64,000 bases of DNA, taken from assembly GCA_964247055.1 (NCBI GenBank), contig OZ176058.1:2170001-2234000 (forward strand), in the 5' to 3' direction. The position numbers and the translations under genes are program-made. Source of the DNA: Paragordius varius (lineage: Eukaryota > Animalia > Nematomorpha). The notes under the pieces are model-generated. The model was not told where the DNA came from. It made no database searches and saw only the letters and a list, made by a program, of their open reading frames with translations. Below are positions 52,914-64,000 of the stretch, piece by piece (the first letter of the stretch is position 1; each line of letters begins with the position of its first letter).

Positions 52914-55900
52914 ATGAAAAATATAATTGATCAAAAAAGCCTTAAGGAATGTTATGTTTTGTTGGAAAAACTAGATTTACAAACTATATCAGCGTACACT
53001 TCGAAAGAAACCAATCAGGAAAAATTTCGTACCAAATTTCGACCTATTCGCTTTAAAGCTAAAAAGTTAGATCCGGAATACGTTACGATTCAAGATGAAT
53101 ATTGGACTGAAAATGAGTTATCAGTAGATAATTCTCTAAAATACGAGGATGATGGCGATTCTCAAGACGATTCGACATATGGAATTAATGGTCCCATGTA
53201 TTCCCTATCTTCAGAATATTATGATGGTGATCAAATAGATTATGATAATCTAGACCAAAATGTCCCCTCATCTCAACCCTTAATTTGCGTCGGTTGTTCT
53301 GCGGTATTTGACTCCAAACGCCAATTGGCCGAACATGTTTTAGCTCAAAATGGGGCTTGCAATTACGAGAGCTACGTAACAAAACCCAATTCAAATTCTG
53401 AAATTCATAATCATCACCAGCAAGTTAGTTTGATTGCGGATAATGCCCACATTTGTCCGTTTTGTAATGTAAATCACCAAAATTTGGAAACGATAGCTGA
53501 AACGTTGTCCCATGATTTAGTCTACTTTAGTGATAAGGACTCCCTCGCTTGTCACATCTGGACCATCCATAAGAATGAAATCAAAGTTCAACAACTCTCA
53601 AACACTGCAAATTCAACTTTAAACACTTCTGCTGTCACCGCAGACGACCCAAATTATTCATCGTCTGCCGCTTTTGCCAACACAAATCAAGGGACGCATT
53701 ATGTTACACTTTCGGATGGACAATCCTTTTATCTCCCTGACACTACTATACAACCATGGACAAATATTGGTTATTTTCTTTTCTTTTGAGAAAGATTTTT
53801 GTGTTGTTACACTTTTATCCAGCCGGAATTAAATTTATATAGGGTTGGTTTCGGGGTTCATGATATATCATGACTCTGAATATAAAAATTTGTTAAATAT
53901 TTCTGATAGTTAAAATTGATGGATTTAAGGAATATTAGTTGCTTTTTTATAATTATAATTAATTTGAATTCGTCGCATCTCAATGAACATGTATAAAACT
54001 TGGTGTTTTGGGTTATAATTGACTAAACTTTTGTACCAGCCGCCTATAAATTAATTTTTAATTATATTTAACTTAAATGCTTGAATTAGACAACATCAAA
54101 TTTTAGTTTTAAATAATAAGTCGATTATATAATAAAATTTATTATTAATTTTAACCACTTTGCTAAAAATTGATGTATATTACTTTTTCTACAATGTTAC
54201 CTAAGTTAAACTATAGTAATTTCATTCATTGATTAAATACATAATTTATTTTTAAACAGGTATGTTTCTTCCATTGTTACCGAGGACAACGCTGCACAAC
54301 TAATAATATTTCGCTCGTTTTTTAATAAAATTTATTTATTTTACATATTATCATCAATATTTCGTCCCAAATTTTTATTATAATTTTTAACTATATCTAT
54401 ATTTATTTTAAATTATTTGTTTACATATAGGTACAGAATATGTTTCTTCGGCTGTCACCGGGGGCAACGCCGCAACTAATAATATTTCACTTGTTTTCAA
54501 ATGTCCAGCTACGGGGTGTGAAAATCTTTTTACAAGCGCACAAACCGCTAAAAATCATGCCCTAAGCGTACATTCTCCCGCCGAATTCGCCCAGCTGTCC
54601 GCTAAAATTGATTTAGCCGAACAAACTATAAAGGCTAACTCCACGGCTCTCATGCACCTACAAAGTTTTTTTTGTTTTATTTTTAGTTTATTTTCATAAG
54701 TTTTTTGTTTGAAAGTTTTGTAAAGTTTTCATCTTTAAAGAAATTATCGGAAAAAAATAACGTAAGGAAACGTTGTCTGAAAAATTAACAGGTGAAAAAG
54801 TTTAAATGAAATTAATAATTAAGTTTAAAGAGTTAGTGTCGAAAAAGTAGTTATTATAGTTTTTTTGAAAAATATTTAGCATATCTAAAATATTGTTTAG
54901 GTTTTTAAGTTGTCTTTTATTGTAAATTTTGGTTTTTTATGGTGTTTTTACACTATAGAGTATTTTTTTATTAAATAAGTTTGGAAATCATAAGATTTTT
55001 TTGACAAGTCTTTAGAGTTTATGGCTTAATTAATCCAACTGTTCTCTAGAATGGGTCTAGCAGATCAAACTATAAAGGCTAACTCAACGGTCTTGTATCT
55101 ACAAAGTTTTTTTTACTTTTTTAAAGATTTGAAAAAAAAAATACTTCAAAGTTTTTAAATTTAGTTTGGAAAGTTATAATATGGTATTTTAACTATAGAT
55201 AATATATATAATTTTTTTTCAAAATGAACGTTTTTTATGTGCAAATCAAGAGATTTCGATAAATAATTTTACTTAACATGGTTCTTATACCTATTTCCTT
55301 TTAATTATTTTAGCTTCTTCAAACCATAATATGATGTCAGATGTTGGGCCCGCCCCAGGGAACGAAGAAATCGTTCTTTCCGCGTCGTCTGCAAGCGCTT
55401 CTGCTCATGGCGGCGGCCATTTTGTCCGTCGGACCTCACCCAAAAAGGATCATCAGCATCATATGAATTCCTCTTTCTTAGCAGATGGGGGAGAACAGCC
55501 ACCACACCTTACTTGCTCACATTGTGACGCAACTTTCCTGTCACGTAGTAGTTTGCGGGCCCACGTGACCAGTGCACATGATCATCAGCTGGGTGGAATG
55601 GGCCAATCAGAATGTTCTTCCTCCTGGGTCTGGTCATGTGACATTTGTTCTCGAACTTTCCATAAACGGAGTCACTTGAACCGCCATCTCGCATCAGCTG
55701 TTCATGCCGACGTTCTAACTTACCGGTGTGATCTGTGCGGTATGAGATTTGATACACCCACATCTCTTGAAGATCATTTAGTCGACTTTTTTTATCACAA
55801 GGTATGGTTTTGTAAAAATTTTATAAAATCGGTTTAATTTTGATTTAAATTATGTGTGAATTATTATTATTTTATCTTTTTTTATCAGGTATGGTTTTTT

Positions 55901-57065
55901 AGATTTTAGATTCTTGCGAAATTTTGGGTTTTTAATTAAAAATTAATTTATAATTATATAATTTTATAAAAAATTATTTAAATTTTATATATTATCATAA
56001 AAAGTATAAATTGTGTCATAATTAATTTGGATTAGATTAGTTTTGAAGTTTTGGCCACAAGGTATCTAATATTTATTCGATAATCTTTTTTACCACAAGA
56101 TATAGCGCATCTTCTAAGTTAAATATTTTATGATCTTTTTCAAATTTAATAAATAATTAAATATGAAAAAAATTATCATTTTTAAGTATTTCAATATTTA
56201 TTGCAGCCAAGAATTGATTCTGGCAAAATTTTTTTTAATTGTACATTTTTATTTGTTAAAAAGAGCCCAATGGTATTAACCATGTCATATCAAAAAATAA
56301 AAGAAACGATTATAATATGACAATTTTTTTCACTTTATTAATGTTTAAAAGTCCCCCAAAACGTTTCTTAAATTCTTGAACCTTATTTAGTCTACCCCCT
56401 TTTCTTACCACATGGTAGATGGCTATTTATGCCTTCAAAATATTTCTACAGCCCCCAGCCCTGCGTGAAATTATACCATTTACAGTTCAAATTTACCCTT
56501 AAACAATTCAAATTCACCCTCGAACAATTCAAATTCACCCTAAAAATAAATTATGTGTTTTTTAAACATTTTAAAAATTACCTTTATTTTTTTATATTTT
56601 TAAAAAATGAAATATTGTTTAAAATTAATATAATACTGAAAAACTAATAAACTCTATGTCGTAAAAATATATTTCATATTAATGATGAGTTATATTAGTG
56701 CCCAAAAACACATAAATTATTTTCAGGGTGAATTTGAATTGTTCGAGGGTGAATTTGAACCGAATTTTCAGCAATTTGATGTTTAAAACGAGCAAAAAAA
56801 GTTTTTTTTATTAAATCGATTGTAGGAGAGAAAGTTTTACAGTTTTATTAAAACTCAAATTAAAATGAATGCGCACTCTTTTTTTTGGATGCGGGGGGCG
56901 GTATTTGGCCAAGTCATTTGTGTAGGAAATACTCCTGATAGACATATTTTTTTAAAAATTTTATTAAAAAAAATGTTGGGATCTCACTTGTGAAGCAGTT
57001 TTAACTATAAATTCAAAGTTTGATTTTATATTATTATTATTTCTGAGATAAATTTAACAATTATA

Positions 57066-57110
<45 letters not shown>

Positions 57111-60100
57111 AAAACTGAAATTTACGAACAAAACGTAAAAATATAAAGACAAATATTTTTTTCTAAAAGACCACCATACTTTTTTAATTTAGATTTATAT
57201 CAATATAACTCATTATTTTAAATGGCAAAGTGTGAAATGGAGATATATATCACTAACACAATCAATTCTATATTTTACAATTGCAACTGATTAACTTTTT
57301 AAAAAATATGGTTATCTTTGTTTACCACAAGGGGGAGAATTTTTTCCAAATTAAACTTTTTTTCCATATCTAGTTTGTTTGTTTTAATTAGAAAAATATA
57401 AAATTTTAATATTAATTGCATTGATCTCAATTGTATAAAAGTTATAAATTTTTGTATTATTTCTTTCCCTTGACGTTCATTTACTCGACTTTAAATAACT
57501 AATTAATAATTTTTGAAGAATATTGTGTGGGTTTTTACCAGTAGTATATCATCAAATAAAGAAGACATTCTAATTTTTCATTAAATTACATGATTAGTTA
57601 TTATGAAATTTTATATTAAAATAAGTTATATTACGTAAACACATAATAATTTATTTTTAGGATTAAATTGTTTAAGGGTGAGTTTGAAATGTTCAAGGGG
57701 GAATTTAAATTGTTCAAGGGTGGTTTGAAATATCTAAAGGGTGAATTTGAATTGTTTAAGGGTGAATTTGAATTGTTCAAGGGTGAATTTGAATTGTTCA
57801 AGGGTGAATTTGAATTGTTTGAGGGTGATTTTTAATTGTTATTTGAATTGTAAATGGTATAACAATAAGTCAGTTATAAATATATATATATATATATATG
57901 TAAATTACCAATTTTATATTGAAAAAAAAACATATTTGTATCATTATTATATACCTTTAAATTTTATTCCCATAATATTTTAATTTCTATTTTTGACTGT
58001 AAAAGCATTACCAATATACATCCTCCCTATTTCATAAATGATTCACTTATAGAGTATATATGTGAAAAACCAATTTTATATTGAAAAAAAAAATGTTTGT
58101 CTTTATATATCTTTCCAATTTTATTGTTTGAGGGTGAATTTGAATTGTAAATGGTATATCAATACATCAGTTCTATATATATATATATACCAATTTTATC
58201 TTGAAAAAAATGTTTGTCTTTATTATATATCTTAAAATTTTATTCTATATTTTCCAATTTTAATTACTATTTTTGACTGTAAAAGCATTACCAATATACA
58301 TCCTCCCTATTTCATAAATGATTCACTTATAGAGTATATATATATAAACCAATTTTATATTGGAAAAAAATGTTTTTATATACCTTTAAATTTTATTCTA
58401 TATTTATTATGTGAGGGTGATTTGAATCTATGATATAACAATACATCAGTTGTATATATGTAAATACCAGTTTTATATTGAAAAAAAAAACGTTTTTCTT
58501 TATATATTTTCCAATTTTATTCTATATTTTAATTGTTAAATGGTATAGCAATAAGTCAGTTCTATATATATATGTAACAACCAATTTTTTTTTTGAAAAA
58601 AATGTTTGTCTTTATATATCTATAATTTTAATTACTATGTAGGATCCTGACATATCAAGGCTACCCAAATACGTATGTTACATTTGCACCTTTCCACACA
58701 TCCTTAACCCGTGGGAGAAGGGACTTGATTTCATGCATCATCATTATGAACAAAAACAGAATTCCGCCGTCGCAGCTGATAAAAACTCAGCTGATCGCGA
58801 TGCCACCACGACGATCCACGAGGAAAGCGGAACAGGTGGAGGGGGAAATAAAATTACAGTTCTGTCTACAACGAATGGTGTTTATCTTACGGGTATAGCG
58901 GAAGTTGAAGCTACACCCCTACTAGCGGGAGGACCAGAAACAGCTGACGGAAGCGAAAATGTCATAAGGTTTGCACGCATTCACTCAAACATATGTTTTT
59001 CAACAGCTGTAACTTGATAATTATGTACGCTTGATTTTGGGTTTTTTGTGGTAGTTTGAGGAGAATTTTAGAATTCTTCTGATTTTTATGTACGTCATTT
59101 ACTGTTTAAAAAAGGCCAGTGTCAATGTTTTCTGTCTTTTCTAATTTAATACAGTTAGATTTAGGATTTGCTCCAGTTATTAGTATATACCCCCTAAAAA
59201 CAGCTGATAAAATGCGATTATAACATTTGTTTTGCAACAGATGTGTTTTCTCGGCGCATTTTTTTGATTAGAAAGTATAAATAGATTTTGGTTGGGTTTG
59301 ATTCAATTTAATTTAGTTGCATTAAAAATTAATTATATGGTTAAAAATGTTTTGATATATCATTAAAACTTTAAATTCACCCTTGAACAATTCAAGTTTA
59401 CCCTGAATATCAATTATTTATTTTTTAGCTACTAGAAATCCTCTTTAATATGAAATATATCTTTATGGCATAGTTAATATTTTTCAGTATTTTTATTTAA
59501 ACAAAATTTCATTTTTTGATAAAGTATAAAAAATATAAGTAATTATTTTACCTTAAAAAACACATAATTTATTTTAGGATGATTTTGAATCGTTCAAGGG
59601 TGAATTTGAATTGTTCAAGGATGAATTTGAAATTGTAAATGATATTTTATTTATTTAAGGATATGAATTTGAATTGTTGAAGGGTTAATTTGAATTGTTC
59701 AAGGGTGAATTTGAATTGTTCAAGGTTATCAATTTGAATTGTCAAATGGTATTTTATTTTTTTATTATTTCTAGCTTGGGGGAATTTGAAGTGTTTAAGG
59801 GTGAATTTGAATTGTTCAAGAATGGAATTTGAATTGTTCAAGGATATCAATTTAAATTGTTTAAGGGGGGTGAATTTGAATTGTTCAAGGGGGAATTTCA
59901 ATTGTTTAAGGTAAGGGTTAATTTAAATTGTTTAAGCGTGAATTTTAATTGTTTAAGGGTGAATATGAGTTTAAGGGTGAATATAAATGTTCGAGGGGGA
60001 ACTCCAATTGTTTAAGAGTGAGTTTGAATTGTTCAAGGGTGAATTTGAATTGTTTAAGGGTAAATTTTAATCGTTCAAGGGTGAATTTGAATTGTTCAAG

Positions 60101-63023
60101 AAATTTGCATTGTTTAAGGGTGAATTTAAATTTGTAAATGGTATTTTATTTATTTTTTACTATTTTCTAGCTTGGGGGAATTAAATTCTGAAAATTCATT
60201 AAATAATAATGCGAATTCAGCCTTATATAGTCACGATGAAGCCATAGCTCAAATGGAATTAGGATCTACTAAAGAAACATCAACAAAAGTTTTTTTTATA
60301 ATTTTTTTTAAAAAATTCAAAAAATTAAAAAAAATTATTAAAAAGTTTATAAAGTTTTTAATAATAAAGTTTTTAAAGATTAATATTTTTATATCTTAAA
60401 AAGATATGTATCTCTTGAAAATTGCATAGTTCTCATATGAATTTGGGTATTATAGAAAAATTCATTTTAAACTTAAAAGCATTTAAAGTTATTATATTAT
60501 TTGATTCTGTTTTCAATAAAGTTAAAAAATATATAGATTATTTTAATGATAATTATTATTTTTATTAAAATTATTGTTTTTTAAAAATTGAATAGTTGTC
60601 ATATAAATTTAAGTGTTAAAGAAAATTTTTGATTTTTAAACACATTTGAAAGGGATTTTTTTTAACAATTTCTGATTCTGTTTTCAAAAAAATTAAATTA
60701 TTTAAGTCAAAACAAAAAAAATTATAATTAAAGTTAAAACAAAATAAATAATATTTTTAAAGATTAATATTTTTATATCTTGAAAAGAAATGTTTCTAAA
60801 AAATTGCATAGTTCTCATACGAATTTGGGTATTAAAGAAATTTTTTTATTTTAAAACTTATAAAAAGTTTTTTTTTAATTTTTGATTTTAAGGTTTTTTT
60901 AAGCGAAATCCAAAAAAAATAAAATTTCAAAAAAATAAAAATTATTTAAAGCTAAAACAAAAAAAATAATTTTATATAAATGTTATTATTTTATTAAAAT
61001 TTAAAAGAAAAATGCTTTATAGCTTTCATACGAATTTGGGTATTAAATAAGATTTTTTATTTTTATAACACAATTAAAAGGGATTTCAATTTTTCATTCT
61101 GTTTTCAAAAAAATAAAATTATTTAAAGTCAAAACCAAAAAATATATAATTTTTTTAAGGAATTTTTATTAAAATTGAAAAGAAAAATGTTTTATAGCTT
61201 TCATAAAAATTTTGGCATTAAAAAAAATTTTTTATTTTAAAACTTATAAAAAAAGGTTTTATTATATAAATTTTTGTTTAAGGTTTAAGCGAAATCCAAA
61301 AAAATTAAAATATATTAACAATTAAATGGTTTAAGTTGTTAGAATTGTCAAATTAATAATAAACTTTTACGAAGATTGTTTCTTTATTTAATGCCAAAAA
61401 TTATTTTTTTTTATTTTTTTTAAAAACACACATTTTATTAGAAAAAGACAAGTTTATGACTTTTTTAAATAATTTTAACAAGTTATTTGGTTTTTCGATT
61501 TTCTAATATTATTTATTTATATGGTTTTATTTAGCAATATTGGGTTTAATTATGAAAATAATTAAAAAAAATATTTTTTTTAATTATATTTTTTGATAAT
61601 AATTATTTGGGTTTTCCATTTTATTAAACTTTTTTGGTATTTTAATTTATATGATATTTTTTAAATTATTAATTAATTAACTCTTTAGTATTTAAAATAA
61701 ATTAGTTTTATTTAAGTTTTTTAAGTTTTAGTAAAATCTAAAAATTTTTAGTTTTCATTTTGAATAATATATATTTTACTAAAATATCCAGATATTTATA
61801 TTGATTTTTACAATACATAAATGTAATTTGATTTTAAAATGATATAATTCGATTTTTTTGAAATAATTTTTTTTATAAAATTTTTAAAAATAATTTTAAA
61901 TATTAAAATATTTTATTTATTTTTTTAATATTTTACATTATATTTTGAAAACGACATTAAAATAATATAATTTAAATATTTTAATTTAAATATAATTCGT
62001 TTTTAAAATGATTTTTTAAAAAATATTATTTTATTTTTTTTATAATTTTCAATATTAAAATATTTTATTTATTTTTCATAATTGTTTATTTATATTTATA
62101 TATTTTTGAAAACGACATTAAAATAATATTCATTTTTGATATTTTTAGAAAATTTTAAAAACCATTAATTTATTTAAAAAATATTATTTTTTTATAATTT
62201 TCACTATTAATATATTTTATTTTTTTATAATTATATACATTATTTTTAAAACGACATTAAAATAATATAATTTGATTAATTATTTAAATTTATTTTAATT
62301 TTTTACTTTATATTTAAACTTTAAAATTTTAAAAAATATTTTTTTTTATAATTTTCAATATTAAAATATTTTATTTATTTTTTTAATATTTTACATTATA
62401 TTAATATAGATTTAATTCGTTTTTGAAATATTATTTTATAAACTTTAAAAAATATTATTTTTTTTATTTTTTATTTATAATTTTCAATATTAATATATTT
62501 TATTTAATTTTCATAATTTTTTACTATTTTTAAAAAAGACTCTAAAAATTTAATTTAAATATAATTCGTTTTTGAAATATTATTTTATAAACTTTAAAAA
62601 ATATTATTTTTTTTATTTTCTTTATAATTTTTATAAAATTTTCAATATTAAAATATTTTATTAATTTTTTTTTATTTTTTACATTATTTATAAAACGACA
62701 TTAAAATAATTAATTTAATTTAATTAAATTATTTAATAAATTTTAAAAAATATTCAGTTTTTTAAAACGACATTATAATAATATAATTTTCAATATTAAA
62801 ATATTTTATTAATTTTTTTTTTTACTATTTTGAAATATAATTTAATTATTTTTAAAAAATTTAAATTAATTTTAATTTTTATTTACCTTTAGATTTTAAT
62901 ATCACAATCAGGTGATCAGCATTCAAAACCAAGTGAAGAACAACCCGAAAATATTTTTATACCTGAAAAAGATATAATGTGGCAACTTATTGAGTTTTTA
63001 TACGCGGCCCGCATGGAAAAAAT
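52914..63023 (+). CDS. Multi-exon C2H2 zinc-finger protein (at least 6 exons, 3' end probably outside the window)
   Basis: join 52914-53769, 54431-54664, 55314-55801, 58643-58968, 60171-60288, 62893-63023. GT-AG introns with phases 1,1,0,2,0 chain in frame. Fingers include FKCPATGCENLFTSAQTAKNHALSVH, CSHCDATFLSRSSLRAHVTSAH, CDICSRTFHKRSHLNRHLASAVH and CDLCGMRFDTPTSLEDH. The last exon ends either at a phase-2 donor (AT|GTAAAA) or at ATG TAA (63027). Confidence 0.78.
56476..56760. mobile_element. MITE family A copy in zinc-finger intron 3
   Basis: TA-CCATTTACAGTTCAAATTTACCC..AGGGTGAATTTGAATTGTTCGAGGGTGAATTTGAAC. Confidence 0.68.
57645..58620. repeat. MITE-A right arm with expanded 21-bp array, followed by tandem duplications of that end plus flank
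   Basis: About 8 copies of AGGGTGAATTTGAATTGTTCA (57665-57850). Then repeated ccaattttatattgaaaaaaa..tgtttgtctttatat and ttgactgtaaaagcattaccaatatacatcctccctatttcataaatg units. Confidence 0.65.
59370..60142. repeat. MITE-A plus long 21-bp tandem array immediately upstream of zinc-finger exon 5
   Basis: Many degenerate (AGGGTGAATTTGAATTGTTCA)n units. They generate the spurious ORFs with RVNLNCS / LEQFKFT heptads. Confidence 0.72.
60380..62880 (+). repeat. Degenerate intronic tandem arrays in zinc-finger intron 5
   Basis: catagttctcata.gaatttgggtatta recurs about 4 times (60426-61220). aaaacgacattaaaataat recurs about 5 times (61950-62780). Confidence 0.65.
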
Positions 63024-63204
63024 GTAAAATTAATTTATAAAATTTAAAAAATTTATAAATTTTTTTTAAGAAATTAAACTTTTAAAATGTTTTTATATAA
63101 AAATAAACTTTTAAAAAGTTTTTAATATTAAAATTATCGAAAAATACAAAAAAAGGTTATTAAAATAATTTTAAAATTAAAAAAAATTTACTCACTTTTT
63201 TAAA

Positions 63205-64000
63205 ATAAAAGCTGACCCGAAAAAGATATAATGTGGCAACTTATTGAGTTTTTATACGCGGCCCGCATGGAAAAAATGTAATTTTTTCATAAAATTTAAA
63301 TTTTTTTATTTTTTAATTTTAGAAATTAAACTTTTAAAATGTTTTTAATAGTTAAATTTTTGAAAAATATTAGGATTATTAAAAATGGTAAAAAAAGTGT
63401 TTTAAGTAATAAAATTATCGAAAAATACAAAAAAAGGTTATTAAAATAATTTTAAAATTAAAAAAAATATACGCACTTTTTTAAAATAAAAGCTAAAATA
63501 TAGCAGTAAAAGGCACATATTTGTTAATTAAAAATGAAAATATTTTTATACCCGAAAAAGATATAATGTGGCAACTCATTGAGTTTTTATACGCGGCCCG
63601 CATGGAAAAAATGTAAAATTTTTATAATTAAAAATTATTAAAATTATTTTTTTATTTTTTTAAGAAATTAAACTTTTAAAATGTTTTTAATAATTTAATA
63701 TTTTGAAAAATATAAAAACAAGGTTTTTTACGCCTTTTAATATTGAATTTTTATACGCGGCCCGCATGGAAAAAATGTAAAATTTTAATTAAAATTTAAA
63801 AATTATTTTAATTTAAAATTTATGAAAATTTTTTATTTTTTTAAGAAATTATTCTTTTTTAAAGATACATAAAAATGGTAAAAATTCTTTTTAATAGTAA
63901 AATTTTAAAAAATATAAAAAAGCAATATTAAAATAATTTTAAGATTAAAAAAATATACGCACTTTTTTAAAGCTAAAATATATCAGTAAAAGGCACATAT
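63205..64000 (+). repeat. Three near-perfect copies of the 3' end of zinc-finger exon 6 including its donor/stop
   Basis: (ccgaaaaagatataatgtggcaact.attgag)tttttatacgcggcccgcatggaaaaaatgtaa at about 63217, 63551 and 63750. Confidence 0.85.

Noticed and set aside
54261-54330. Alternative acceptor for zinc-finger exon 2
   Set aside because: Decayed echo of exon 2; it reaches TAA after 13 codons in the required phase.
32936-55763. Antisense or overlapping ORFs (32936, 37068, 42165, 53185, 55305, 55509)
   Set aside because: Shadow frames of well-supported genes on the opposite strand.
56391-56468. Apparent extra zinc-finger exon STPFSYHMVDG..
   Set aside because: Its core tttcttaccacatggtagatgg resembles the exon 3 donor echo series (ttttatcacaaggtatgg). 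The longer version ends in a phase incompatible with 58643.
57741-60137. ORFs with RVNLNCS / LEQFKFT heptad repeats (57741, 59647, 59949; also 56429)
   Set aside because: Translations of the 21-bp MITE-A repeat, whose length happens to be a multiple of 3.
1-64000. tRNA, rRNA, snRNA, telomeric arrays or intact transposase/RT genes
   Set aside because: None recognisable by eye; covariance-model and translated searches would be needed to exclude divergent ones.

Overview
Extremely AT-rich eukaryotic, animal-type genomic DNA (GT-AG introns, standard genetic code; the species cannot be identified from this window). Four protein-coding genes were reconstructed by hand from splice sites and reading phase: (1) a 13-exon HMGXB4-like HMG-box gene (+, 1672/1689-19599); (2) a compact NIFK/Nop15-like RRM gene with one 25-nt intron (+, 32567-33134); (3) a 4-exon orphan single-pass membrane protein gene (-, 43219-36713, ~790 aa); (4) a multi-exon C2H2 zinc-finger gene (+, 52914 to at least 63023, probably continuing past the window). 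The DNA between and within genes is packed with short non-autonomous DNA transposons (two abundant TA-flanked MITE families, a TTAA piggyBac-type family, an AAT-flanked element, hAT-like ends). No transposase was found. The most notable observations: introns of the HMGXB4-like and zinc-finger genes are inflated by tandem decaying copies of their own splice junctions; a MITE end appears to supply the splice donor that rescues the membrane-protein ORF; a minimal type I hammerhead ribozyme motif lies at 20986-21094; the HMGXB4-like terminal exon is duplicated in frame; and CAGCTG is strongly enriched, almost only in the two inflated genes. All gene models are manual and have no transcript support.
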